This document shows positions 40,621 through 54,354 of a DNA stretch of 64,000 nt, one piece after another. The stretch's first letter is position 1, and each line of letters begins with the position of its first letter. Under the pieces are notes generated by a model, which saw nothing but the letters and a program-made list of their open reading frames with translations, ran no database searches and was not told the DNA's origin. The position numbers were made by a program, and so were the translations under genes. This DNA is from Octopus vulgaris (Eukaryota), in contig OX597817.1 in assembly GCA_951406725.2 (NCBI GenBank), positions 28,706,001-28,770,000 on the forward strand, in the 5' to 3' direction.

Positions 40621-41018
40621 TCTTTATATATAAAAGAGAAGTTGTGTGTCTGTCTCCTACGATTTAGATTCCTAACTACTCCCACATTTTGCGGTGCAGT
40701 TTAACCAAAACCGGGTATCTTATAGTCGTGATTCATATCGAGCCCTTCTGGGTATTAGCACGTGTCTACGATGAGTCTACGATTTAAAAAAAAATTACCA
40801 TCATTTTTTTCCATTTTAATGCATTTTTTCGCTATTATATAAGGGAAGTAACTCTCTAAAAATGTCTACGATGAGTCAACGATTTAAAAAAAAATTTACC
40901 ATAATTTTTTTTCCATTTTTAATGCATTTTTTTTGCTATTTTTTGGCTATAACTCTCTAAAAATGCTTATATAGTTATTTCTCTTACAAACCTGAGCAAC
41001 GCCGGGCGATACTGCTAG
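40621..41018 (+). mobile_element. Complete non-autonomous Helitron
   Basis: Inserted between A and T; 5' TCTTTATATATAAAAG, 3' CTAG preceded by GC-rich hairpin CCTGAGCAACGCCGGG (40991-41006); CpGs retained; internal ~100-bp tandem duplication. Confidence 0.9.
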
Positions 41019-44000
41019 TTTTTTATTAAAATATTTACATGCATTATGGTATGTGAAAAACACTTGCTCTTAGATATTTCAAATTTTATAGTTCTTCCCA
41101 AATGATATCATAATTTTCAAAATCTTTATTTAAGATACTGCATATGTTTTGCTACCATGCTACTAACATAGAGTTTTCAGTCACTTTTCATTTTATCGCA
41201 TTCCTCAAAATTATAGTCATTTGCAATTTCATTTGCATTTTAAGATTTTGAGATAGCATGAATTAGCGACTATCACATCTATTCATTTCATTTTAATCAA
41301 CTACCTTTAGTTTAATGTATATTGCTGTGTATGTGATTACTATTATCTCTCCTTGTGAGATAGTCATACAATAATATAGTTTAAAATGACAGCATCAATT
41401 CATGCTCTATGAACCAATTTAATATCCATTTCCTTATATAAAGTGTGTTTCAAAATATATTCAATGTACTTCTAGTCACTTAAGGTTTAACACTTAATTT
41501 GTTCACCTTTTCTGTTAATGATTTTTAACTTTTGAAATTGAGTTGTGTCATTATGCTGATGACACTATTCTATTTACCCAAATAACATCAGCAGATGAGA
41601 ATGACTTTACAACAGTTAGCTTGAAAACAGATATTGGCAGATGCCTGAACAATGACTTTTAAGCTAAAAATACAAGACAGGGTTTATCAAGGAAAAAAAT
41701 TCCAATTCGGTAAGAATTGTAAGCTCACTAGGAATGTATTAAAATATCAAATGTTATTCTGTGTAAGATCATGCAGTCATTAAAAAATCTCTAACATCAG
41801 TAGCAGAGTTTTATAAAAAGCATATAGAACTACATAAAATTGCAGACAAGTTGCATAAAGAAGAAGAAAAATTAAAAGAGAACACTTTAACTCTTAAGCT
41901 TCAAACCTCATGAGGTGCCTTTAGATATTTTTGATAACTGTCTCACTTATTATTGTCTTGAATCTCCCCCAAACTAGCTGTTGAAACTGAAACTTAAAAG
42001 ATAACACATCAGTGAGTTATTGTTCATGAATATATGCTTGTTTAACAACAGCAAAAAGTAATATTGTCTTTTTCATATTTTAGTTTGATCTTACAAGATT
42101 CTCAGAAATACATAGCAAATGTAAACACAAGTTTTTGTGAAAAAAAAAAAAAATTTGAGGTGGAGGGGAAGAAGATGATGAAATTAAACTTACAAGTGAG
42201 AGGTGTCAACCTCATCAAGCAACTGATGTCAATCGGTTTTATGTTTGTTGTTTTAATTTAGGGCATGTCTCCTCTGAAATTAGTGAATTCAAGAATCTTT
42301 CTCTAACTTCCATCTGTAGGAAAGTATGAATAATGTTTATTTTATTCAATCCTTGTAAACCTATCTAGTTATATTCCAACCACACCCTCTGTCCTAAATA
42401 TTTTACTTGTTCTCTCTTTGCTGAAACTGCTTCTTTTGGCCATCTCAAAAATACATGATTTCAGTTTTGTGACTTTTATTGTGATCTTAACCCGTGCTAG
42501 CACAGAAAACAGATGCTAAACGATGATGATGATGTTCTTTCTAGGATTATATTCATATGACCTCTTCTTACATATATTCAATATTAGTCTATGAATTCAG
42601 ACACATTCTAAGTAATTTACTAATTTAATTTACTTAAATATCATGACTAGGTTTGGTTGTTTGGTATATTTTTTCCAACTGTAATACATTGGCAACTACA
42701 TCATCTAATGTCTTATTCCTCTTTTAAATCAAAATGGAGATAATTTCAGGATGTTTAGCTGTTATTTCTTGCAGGTTGAGTAACTGCAAGGAGAATCTCT
42801 AGCTTGTTGCATAATAATTGCATAAGTTGAGGCTCTGTCCATCTCTACTTTAAATATAGATTCTATGATTGTATGAATAAGTTATCTGAAGATGATTGAA
42901 ATGAACCCATTAAAATGTTATGTGACATGAGGTTGAAATAATAACTATAGAAAAATTGATATTTGGCTCGCAAAGGGCCAGTTTGGTGGAACTGGCAATG
43001 GCCACGCCCAAATGGTGCGTTTTATGTGCCACCTACACCTTAAATGAAATTTATTTATTCAGACTGAAATGAGTAATTTTGTAATAGATCTCAGTTTTTC
43101 AATAAATTCTTCCAAGTTAATGACATCTTAGCTAGAAAGAGTTTTGTGTTTACAGAAATAGTAAAAATATTTGTTAGAGTTTTTAAAAGCAAATCATGAC
43201 TCTTTTTATGATCTGTTATCAAATAAATGGAGTTTGTTTTTTTTTTTTTTGTTTCTGACAGTTCAAAGACCATTAAGGTTATATACACCGGCGAATTTTT
43301 AATATGCAATGGATATAATCTGCTTCAGTTCCTACTGCTTATTAAACTGATATAATGAAAAGTTATGGTCCAATGAAATCAATATTAACATAGATCACAT
43401 ATGACGAACATTACTAGATAATTTATGGAGATTTGTTGAAGCAGAGATTACACTGATTTACCTTGTTACTGTTATTAGTTGGAAAGTTGAGATAAATTTA
43501 AACTGTGTGCTAGAATGGACTGATATGCTTTCAATGTTGCAGTAGAAAAACTAATAGCAACACACTTGATCTATTTGATGTATACAAATGACATATTACT
43601 TCCACCATTGTGCATAAAACTTGGGATCATTGAGCAATTTATGAAGGCCTAAGACAAAAGAACCAGCATTAGATGCTTGTGCATAAAGTTCCTTCTGTTT
43701 ATAAAGAATAACTGAAAAAAGATTTTATGGCCCTTATATTAACCTGCAGATTAAAATCAGCATATTGTAAATGTGAGGGAAAATATATGGTAAAAGGTAT
43801 ATTTCTACAGGTGTGCAAATTTATATGGCATTATTTGAGTTAATGGGATATCAAAGTATATACATATATAATATGGCTGATTATTGTTAGTCCTTATAGG
43901 GACATTGTGCTAATAAACTTCACCTGAATGTACACACATATATATATATATATAGCACCATCTGATCGAGCTTGTTTGAACATTTTAACCTGCACATATC

Positions 44001-44844
44001 ATCTATCTTGGTTCTGCATTAGTTGTGGGAGTTGTTCAGGGAGACATTCAGTCTCTGGTGAGCTGATCTACAAATGTTGTGTTCAGGCAACCTGCTCAAG
44101 TACACCCATGTTTTGGCATCCATAGCAGCAGCTCACTTTCTAGCTCTTGTTTAGCCTGCCAACAATGTCCCACAAAGCACAAGTGCCTTTCCCTTATGAT
44201 GGTGGAAACAGAAAAGAGGTTTCCATACAGCTGTTTCTTGGTGGGATGAGTTCTCCAAGCTGCTCTTGACATTAGTATGTAAGCTCCATATATCTTGGAT
44301 TCCAGTATTTTGATAACATCTGTGCTGTTGCTCTATATAACAGGACTGAGTCTACTTTTGCATAAAAAATTCCTCTTAAAATTATCTGACAGGGTTGATT
44401 TCGAAACAATATCCAATTTGTTTAGGGCCAAACCATACTTTAGCTGTCTGAATTTTTACATGCTTTTTAGTTGAGGCTATCCCAGAACTTGATTGATGGG
44501 ATCTCTGCTGATGTCAGTGATGGATCTTTGTTGATTGTGAGCAATGAACTTGGTTTTACTAAGATTAACAAGCAGTCCAACATTATGTGCAACTAATTCT
44601 AGACTAAGAAGCTGATGATTGGTATATTACATTGGTTTCTCTGAAGAGCAGTCTATGATTTACTAGTTTGTGGTTCTATGTTAATAATGATATTTTTCAT
44701 TCTGGTATTATTGCTATAATATTCTAACTATAAGCTGCTTGTTAGTGGGGTGTACAGGCTGTTTTGTCTTACGAGATTTTTTAATGATCTATTGATATAT
44801 TTTATAACCAGAATGAATCTGGTTTTTACAATATGTATGGTCTG

Positions 44845-45053
44845 CAAAGGTGGTGAGTTGGCAGTAACATTAGCACACCAGGAAAAATGCTTAGCAGTAT
44901 TTCATGTCTTTACATTCTGAGTTCAAATTCCACTGAGGTTGACATTGCCTTTCATCCTTTCAGGGTCGATAAATTAAGTACCAGCTGCATACTAGGGTTG
45001 ATTTAATCGACTCCTCCCACTAAATTTCAGGCTTTGTGCATAGAGTAGAAAGG
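44845..45053 (+). mobile_element. Family B SINE nested in the RTE relic
   Basis: GCCTTTCATCCTTTCAGGGTCGATAAATTAAGTACCAG core; 15-bp TSD AATATGTATG(G/A)TCTG at 44830 and 45054. Confidence 0.9.
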
Positions 45054-45204
45054 AATATGTATGATCTGTGTGTTTTTTAATGAATGTCACTGTGGGTGAA
45101 TTTGTTTTTATATTGTTGTATTGCTTTGTATGCTGATGTTTAAGGTTATCTATAATTAACTAGTGTCTGTAAGATTTTATTTAGTGCTTCACTACACACA
45201 TAGT

Positions 45205-45590
<386 letters not shown>

Positions 45591-46121
45591 TTTTACACAT
45601 ATCTACATTGTTTAGAAATTCACCTCACATCATTACTGGTTTTGTTCTAGTGTAGTATGACACTTTGGATAAGAGCATTCTTTTACAACCTGAGCTAAAC
45701 TCTGTTTTGTGAGTAATTTTGGTTGATAGAGAGTATGTGGAAAAGCATTGTACATGTAGGTACACAAATGATTTTGTAGCATCCTTGATTCTACAGCCTT
45801 GGCAGATTAAGCAATTTGCTGGAAGATCTATTGCCGTGTAATAATGATTCAACACACACCTAACTTACTAATTATATACTTCCCATGTGGCTTAGGTATC
45901 ACGAATTGGTAGAAACTGAAATTAAATAAATACGGGGTATTGAATATGAATTTGATAGATGAAATACAGGTAGTTGTGCATATTTGACTCTACCACTGAT
46001 GCTGTCATTTCTTTTATCTATAGTAGCCATAGTTAAGGGTAACTTTAAGCTAAATTAGCAGAATCTCTCTCAAAATTTTGCTAATGGTGGAAATAATGCA
46101 TATAAAAATATGATATACACA

Positions 46122-46530
46122 GCAGGCGTGGCTGTGTGGTAAGTAGCTTGTTTACCAACCACATGGTTCCGGGTTCAGTCCCACTGCGTGGCACCTTGGG
46201 CAAGTGTCTTCTACTATAGCCTCGAGCTGACCAAAGCCTTGTGAGTGGATTTGTTAGACAGAAACTGAAAGAAGCCTGTCGTATATATGTATATATATAT
46301 ATATGTGTGTGTGTGTGCATGTATGTTTGTGTGTCTGTGTTTGTACCCCTAGCATTGCTTGACAACCGATGCTGGTGTGTTTATGTCCCCATTACTTAGC
46401 GGTTCGGCAAAAGAGACCGATAGAATAAGTACTGAGCTTACAAAAGAATAAGTCCCGGGGTCGATTTGCTCGACTAAAGGCGGTGCTCCAGCATGGCCAC
46501 AGTCAACTGACTGAATCAAATAAAAGAGTA
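46122..46530 (+). mobile_element. tRNA-derived SINE, family A, near full length
   Basis: Near-identical to 420-840. Confidence 0.95.
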
Positions 46531-47929
46531 TAGCACTATTTGTGATTGCTTCCTCTTGTAATTTATCCAGATTAAAGAAGGTGCCGGATAGTGCACTACT
46601 GGAAAATCAGTGGTGTGCCTCTGTGTTGGGTTTGTCTCTCTTTACCTGACAATTGATGTTTGTTTACATTATGTACCTTAGCATTTTAGTAAAAAGAGAC
46701 TCATAGAATAAGTACTGGGGTCAGTTCTACATATTTTTGTCCACATTTATTTGTGTCTGTTTTTCTGTATGTTTGTTAGCGTGTGTGTAATCATGTGTAT
46801 ATATATTACCTCCATAACAATAAAGGATTATATTTAACCCATCAGGGCTTGATCCCTGTAAAACAAAGTAACTTACTTAAATATTGAGTTAAACGTCTAT
46901 ACCACTTCGGCCAACTTCAGTGGTATTAGTGTAAACTTTTTTTTTTTTGTTCGATTTCATTGTTTCTCTAAGAGGGCTACAAATTAGAAAATACATACAT
47001 GCAGTCAGTCGCTGCTTTGATGTTGTATTGCAATCCAGTGGTGTTGCTTACTTTATGTTGTTGGTTTAAGAGATCAAAGATGAAAGGGATTTCAATGCGG
47101 CACCAAACAACAATCTTGTCAGCTTATACAACTGAACTCTTTTGATAACAAACATCTAAATTTCATGCTGACATAGAACAACTTTTTCAATTGAGTATTT
47201 CATTTGACTTGTGTAAACTAAACGTATTTTTTCCACACTCCACACTCTGTCCTTTCACTTCCTTTTGTTTCTGTGTTTTCCATATTGATCTTTTACCTCC
47301 TGGTTTATTCCTCTCTTTCTCTCTTTTACAATATATTTTTGAAATAATCCTTTCTTTTTTCTTACTTTCCCTTTATCACTGTCTTGTTATTTTCTTTCTG
47401 TCTTCTCCCTCATTTTGTTTTATATCATCTCTTTTTTTCTCAACTCTTCAGCTTTCTCTCTTTTCTATCAGCTTTTTAATTTCTTCATCTCTTCATAAGT
47501 TTTATAGTCAGTATTTCTTCCTTATGCTACTATATATTTTTCTATTCATTTCTCCCATTTTTAGTCCTTTCTTTTTTATAATTAGTTTTAAATATACAGT
47601 TCTAATTTTTGCTAAAATCCTTACACATACAGTTGTCAAATGATAACTTTTGCTGTCATCATCTCTCATCATCATTTATAATGCAATCATTTTGTCACTG
47701 TCAGACTAGTGTTTTAAGAAAAATAATAAATTCGGAGTGAACCAAGTTTACGCATAAGGCCCATCAATGTTTAGAAGTTAGTTTATTCAGTACTTATTGC
47801 CTTTGCAGAAAACATTAGAATTGAAATATATGTTCTCACCTAAAACATCATCATTCTTCTTACTCTTTTACTGGTTCAAACTACTGGGAGTTGCTGTGCT
47901 GAAATATTACCATCATGGATTTAATTCTC

Positions 47930-48308
47930 CTGCAAATAGGCCTGGGCTAAGTGAATTAATTTTAGCTTGAGTGAATGGGTCTTTTCCTTACTGAATGGAC
48001 ATTAACTGAAATGAGTAGGCCTGCTTTTAGTATGTGCCTGGAGACTAGGGAATACTGTTAGGATTGGGTACTTAACCTTGGTAGTTGTGCAATCCGGAAT
48101 CTGTGGTACCCTTGAGTGGCCCTAGGTGATTCTTGTTATCCTGTACTTCAGGGAACCATTATCTATTGATATTGTAATGTTAGCTGTTGTTGTCTTCCTT
48201 TTTACTTAAGCAAACCTCTTATTCTTTTGTATTTTCTGTCCTTGAACTGTCCCTCTACATCCTTGGTCCCTTGTGATCACTAAAGAGATTATTATTATTA
48301 TTATTATT
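47930..48308 (+). mobile_element. Old retroelement 3' end sharing the family B tail
   Basis: TCTGTCCTTG..CTGTCCCTCTA..CCCTTGTGATCACTAAAGAG + (ATT)n matches 26135-26188; upstream sequence is not SINE-like. 5' boundary uncertain. Confidence 0.45.
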
Positions 48309-48514
48309 TACTATTTTGTTATGTTGCATCCATCAATGTTTAATAAATGTCTTGTCACTTTGATCTTTGATCCGATTATGTTTCCTACTTCTAAATTAGT
48401 TACCTCCTTCACATTGAGAGTTTGTCTTTAGGATTAATTCACAAAGTCATAAAATATATCAAAGGGTTTTGCTATGACAGCTTAAGATCTATTTATCTTC
48501 TATTTTCTTTGTTA

Positions 48515-48680
48515 GTCTTTCACTTGATTTAGTCATTGGACTATAGTTGTGATGGGACAACATCTTCAGTTGTTTAACTTGATCAACCCACGCCCAGTAC
48601 TTGCTTCCGTCTGGTGCTTATGTTACCTATTTCTTATTTGTTAAACCACTAATTTACTGAAAGGGACGGGACACTACATA
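48515..48680 (-). mobile_element. Highly degenerate 3' half of family A SINE
   Basis: CACTTGATTTAGTCATTGGACT, CCCAGTACTT, similar to the reverse complement of the family A tail. Confidence 0.5.
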
Positions 48681-49339
48681 AGTAAACATTCATTTTTAAG
48701 TTATAAACACAAATAAATATTTATGTATGCACACACACAGGCACGTGTATGTGTATTACAATGTACATACTGAGCCTCATGAATGAAATTACTAAGGGTC
48801 ACAATGACAGGCAATATATGGTTGACTTGTCCACTCATTCAAGCTTTGAGAAATGACCATTGAAATGGTGGTAGTGAAGTAAGTTTGGAGCTGGGTGTGG
48901 GCACGTGTTTGGGTATCTCACTTAACATTTCCGTTAAACTTCTGTCTGTTGTTTCATCTTACCATTCGTCTCCTCATCTCTCATATTTCCCTCTCTCTCT
49001 TACTCATTATACTATGATGTCTTTGCAATGAAGGGTAGAATTGGACCTGTCCAAATCCTTGCATGCCTTATGACTCTACCTCTTTCCCATCATGTATTCA
49101 ACCTGTTCATACCTTCCTGCCAAAGCTCTCTTGTCTATTTTTTTCCTCCAGCACTGTCACTATACCATTACTTCCTTTTCTATCACTTCTTACTCAATCA
49201 TTCTGTCTCTCACATCATACTCTTGCTCCCCTTACTCATCCCCCTGGTTCATTATTCTCTCTCCCTCTTTCTCTCTCTCCCTCTTTCTCCCTCTCTCTCC
49301 CTCTCTCTCTTTCCCTTCCTCCTTGTATTCAACCACTTG

Positions 49340-49860
49340 CACATGTTGATTTGAAAGACAGGTGACATTGTAGAATAGTGAAGGCTCTCTAGTTTTGGGG
49401 GCACATGAAGACCTCAGTAATGATGGTACCATGGTAACATGCACCTAGTGTACTTTGAAGAGTTGTTGGCAAATGAGTAGAGAAAATATCAGATCAAGAA
49501 GAGCCTTTAGTCTCTTCAAGCATAACATCTTTTCATATGTTGGTGCTAAAATAACATGCATCAAGCACATTTTGTAAAATGTTTTGCATTTAGAAGAGCA
49601 TCCTGACAAAGAAACCATGCAAAAATTTGGAATGTATGAAGGAGACATAATCTGCCAATTCCTTCAGGATGACGGTATTTCTAAATATTGACTTGACCTT
49701 GATGACCTCTCTAACACATGCAAACATGAAAAGTGACCAAAAGACTTGATGAGTTGACCTTCTTATGAGTAGTTTCCTCTCTAACAAATTCTATTAACAA
49801 GGTTTTGGTAAACTTACAGCCCTTAACTTGGGATTATAAAGTGAATACAGCTATACTAAC
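49340..49860 (-). mobile_element. Possible decayed CR1-like RT N-terminal fragment
   Basis: VREVIKVK...TVILKELADYVSFIHSKF loosely resembles IP..VLK.C...L...L.KLF; weak. Confidence 0.3.
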
Positions 49861-49953
49861 ACCTCCTTTCTTAAATTATATTTTTAAATTTTGTTTTATC
49901 TTTTTAACTATACTTGTGACATAATTTTATCTTAAGAAATGTGTATAGTTTTA

Positions 49954-50122
49954 GGCGCAGGATTGGCTGTGTGGTAAGTAACTTGCTTACCAACCACATG
50001 GTTCCGGGTTCAGTCCCACTGCGTGGCACCTTGGGCAAGTGTTTTCTACTATAGCCTTGGGCCGACCAAAGCCTTGTGAGTGGATTTGGTAGGCAGAAAC
50101 TGAAAGAAGCCCATTGAATATA

Positions 50123-50183
<61 letters not shown>

Positions 50184-50413
50184 ATGTTTGTGTGTCTGTG
50201 TTTGCCCCCCCCCCCCAAACATCCCCGATGCTGGTGTGTTTACGTCCCCCGTAACTTAGTGGTTCAGCATAAGAGAATGATAGAATAAGTACTAGGCTTA
50301 CAAAAAATAAGTCCTGAGGTCGATTTGCTCGACTAAAAGGCAGTGCTCCACTATGGCCACAGTCAAATGACTGAAACAAGTAAAAGAGTAAAAAAAAAAA
50401 AGAGTAAAAGAGT
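49954..50413 (+). mobile_element. tRNA-derived SINE, family A, full length
   Basis: Highly similar to 420-840 with a longer internal microsatellite. Confidence 0.95.
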
Positions 50414-50782
50414 TATTGCTGGGTTTCATTTTCTCTCTCTGTTTTCTTTTTTTTTAATTCTTATAGAAATACTCATTAAATGATAAAATAAAACTGCTTT
50501 TGCAAGCACAAACATGGTTGAAATTGCTTAAGGATATTTACAACATATTTTCCTGAACATTTTCTGTTTCCTGACCTATCTTCAGCATGTTTGTTGAAAA
50601 TGTTAAGCATTGAAATTATAGTTAGACAGAATGTCATTAACTCAAGTTATCTTGCCTCAATACTCTTTGCTATATTCCCACTGTGATTCATTATACTCCA
50701 ATTGGTGAAATTTAAAAAAAATGTATTTCTTAATATTTATTAAAATACACTCAACAGAAGCACATATTGCCTCACTTATAAT

Positions 50783-51105
50783 GTATGATTCAGTGGTTAC
50801 AGCATCAGGCTCACAATCAAGAGGTAGTGAGTTCGGTTCCTGGACTGGGCTATGTATTGTGTTTTTGAGCAAGACACTTTATTCACATTACTCCAGTTCA
50901 CTCAGCTGCAGAAATGAGTTGCTACTTGTGCTAAGCTGTACTGGCCTTTGGCTTTACCTTGGACAACATCAGTGGCATCAAGAGAGGAGGCTGGTGCGTA
51001 TGGGCAACCACTGGTCTCCCATAAACAACTCTGCCCAGACTTGTGCCTCAGAGGGGATCTTTCTAGGTGCAATCCTACAGTCATTCATGACCGAGGAGGA
51101 TTTCG
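50783..51105 (+). mobile_element. tRNA-derived SINE, family E
   Basis: TGATTCAGTGGTTA A-box, GAGTTCGGTTCC B-box, TTGAGCAAGACACTT core; 3' part repeated at 11663-11825. Confidence 0.8.
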
Positions 51106-53821
51106 GTTTAGTAATACACACCTATAATATCTGTAAAAATTTATAAGTTCTGTGTACATGTGTGCATAGGTACACAAGCTCCATGTCATCTAAAAATCCA
51201 TGAGTTAGTATAAAATTTGATTGATTTAGAGAAGTATGTGTCTAATAGTAATGGTGAAGCAATGCTAACATGGTAAACGTGTTGGATTGCTATCTCTGGT
51301 ATTAAATTCAACAGAGAACGCATATTATTCTTATAGAAAAGTTGCATACTTTTATCTGAAACCTTTTGAAATTTGAGGATGCTACTTTTTCTCACTTAAT
51401 CATTAGCACTATTAATATGCAATATAGCATTAGAAATCAATATCAATCGTATAAATTTAAGCACAAGAAAATACCTATGTAGGTGAATCAGCTACAAAAC
51501 ATTATCATTTTAAGTTTATGCTATTATGTAAAAGATACCTGCGGAGTTTAAATATACTTGTGCTTAAACTTAAGTTAACATGGGGATAACTAATGTTAAA
51601 TTTTACTGTTCCTTAATTTGCTAGAGGTTACAAATAATTTTATTTTATCACTATCCAATTGCTTTTTACCAATTCTTCAGAAATTGGTTGCTTTAAATAT
51701 AATCAGAATAAGTAGCTGTCATGTATTATCTTAATATTTTAATAAATGCAGAAATCTAAAATTATTTAAGCTTTGTTGCTCAGCAATGCAGAACAGTCAC
51801 CAGCAATAAATCTGATATTCAAAGTTTTAACTCTCAATACACTTGCCTCTTAACATTTTAATACCTGCAGACAAGTTCAAACTATTAAAGCGTTGGTTAA
51901 TCTGACTAAATTCAAGAATATGGAATATACATGAGCATTAAAGTTACTGCACTATTTAGCAAGATGTTTCTAAGCTACTTAATCCTACTTATGATAAACT
52001 ATGATCACTCAGCTTTAAAGGTTAAAGCTAGCAAGATATAAATCATTTAATGTTTTTGATAGGTTTGCATTTAGTAGCTTATATTTCTGAATGTGCAGTT
52101 GTTTGATAAATTACAGTTAATGACTGTTGGATAATTAGTTTCCATCAACATATTTAAATCATTACTGTTAGTTTAAATTAGTATGAAACAATCTTTTTTA
52201 GAATCGAGCTTCCTTTGGGTTTGCAGAAATCAGAATAATAGACTTTTTTAAGTACACTAGGAGTAACCTTCAAGAACAGCATCCAACCATTTTTAAGTTG
52301 GGTAAATAGATAGATCTGCGAATTTTAGTGAAACCTTGACAAGCTGAAATACTTAAAATATTTGCTATTGCTGAGTTTCAGGTTGTGTGACAATACTGTT
52401 TGACAGAGCACTCGAGAAGACTGGGGAAAGTGATCAGAAGGGCTCTTGTATTACAGAAGTAATCTATTATATCTCCATATCATTTGACTTAGTAAGAAAC
52501 ATCATCATCCTCATCATCATTTATTTTTTTTCTCTATTATTATTTACCATTGTTATCACAGTGTCACAGTTGTTCACCTAATATGTATTGGCAGGGCTAG
52601 TAGACTTTGATTCCTGTAAATTATTTCAGAAGGTATTTCCTGGAGAGATTATGTCAGAAATGATTAAGTATCTTCACTTCTGTAGTTTTTTCCCCTTTAT
52701 TTTTGCAAAATACATTTCATAAACAAATATTTTTAAACTGACAAGAGAACAATAGAGGTGGACAATGCCAAGCAGACACTGCATAGTTGTAACTAAAATG
52801 GTGACCAAGAAAGATCACAGCTATCGCTCATCAAAAACAAAAGAATGGAGGATTGAGTGTTAAACAAACTGAGAAAAACTTTTCATTAAATCATTTTTTT
52901 TTTCTTTCCTATTTTCTTTCTTTCTTGAATAAATCTGACAAGTAAATTAGAATATGTCTGAAATAATTTTAGTTTTGAGGCTAAAGAATAAAACAATACA
53001 AAAAGGTGATATTTAACAAAAAGGAGGGAAATGTAAATGATTAGAAAAAATATTAGAATGGATAGACATTAAATGAACATTTAATGAAGAGTTGTTTCCA
53101 ATGTGTGTTGAACGGACAATGTCCTCAGAACTGTAAAATATTCCCTTCCCTAATATTTGAAGACGGGAGCCAGTGTAAATGTATGAATTTAGTTCTATTG
53201 CTCATTGTAGCTCTGCCAAAGCAATTGTAGAAATGGACAAAAATTGACTTGTGCGAATGCAGAGATCTATGCTTGAGGTTTCCTTATTCTAAAACATCTC
53301 TATCTCTCTCTTTCTCTCTCTCTCTCTCACACACAAACACAGAGTACAATTAAAATATAAATAGCATGAATGATATTTAGAACATCATGCACATCCTTAC
53401 TTATCAAAAAACCAAACTAAAGAGAATCATGCAAGATTCCTCGTATTTAGATTCTTTTCACAGGTCTCCGAAGTTAAAAAGATCATAGAATGCATATGGT
53501 AAAAAAGAAAAATAGTGAGTTTGTTCATTAAATATTTAGTTACATCATTTTACATGTATTTCATTAACAATAATATCATATAATAAAGAACCTAATAAGC
53601 AGATTATATATATTATTAAATCTACAGAGATTTCATCACAGATGTAAATAATATCTTAAGATTTATAATGGACATCAGATAGAATTATAGTATCAGCAGC
53701 CATAACTTTAGTGCTAAAATGGGTTAAAGAATTTACTTGAATATACATATTTACATGTGTGTCTGTGTTTGTGTCTGCATGCATATATATGTACGTGTGT
53801 ATAAGTATGTATGTATATATC

Positions 53822-54040
53822 ATGGAGGCGAAATAGCGTCATTGGATTTTGGTGTTGATTCCCAGACCAAGCATTGTGGGTGTTTATTGAGCAAAAGCAC
53901 TTAAAAGCTCCACGCAGCTCTGGCAGAGGGTTGTGGCAAGCCCTGCTGTACTTTTCCACCACAACTTTCTCTTACTCTTTCTTCCTGCTTCTGTTGTACC
54001 TGTACTTCAAAGGGGCAGCTGTGTCATGCTGAATCTCCCT
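53822..54040 (+). mobile_element. Degenerate SINE-like element
   Basis: GTTGATTCCCAGACC then TTGAGCAAAAGCACTT, similar to the heads of families D and E. Confidence 0.5.
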
Positions 54041-54044
54041 GTGT

Positions 54045-54312
54045 TGTTCAAACGATGAATAGCTTCGCATAAACCATGGTCCGTTTTGTTCTCTTACTTT
54101 ATTATCATCTTATAATCATCTCATAATAATGACTTTTATGACTTGTATTACTACCTCAGTCAATCTAAACGTATATATTTGTCGTTACCTGTCATAAATA
54201 GCCTTTTTTTATTTGCAATGTGCATTTTCTTTGATTTTTCATATTTTACCCTTACACGTCCACGTGTATTTTATATTTTCTTTTCGTAACATATTTCTAC
54301 TATATATATATA
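54045..54312 (+). mobile_element. Probable Penelope-like repeat relic
   Basis: ACGATGAATAGCTTCGCATAAAC and ACACGTCCACGTG resemble the minus strand of 59144-59380; ends in (TA)n. Confidence 0.4.
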
Positions 54313-54354
54313 TGTATTGGATAGGTTAAGAGAGTTTATTTGTTTAAATTCATA

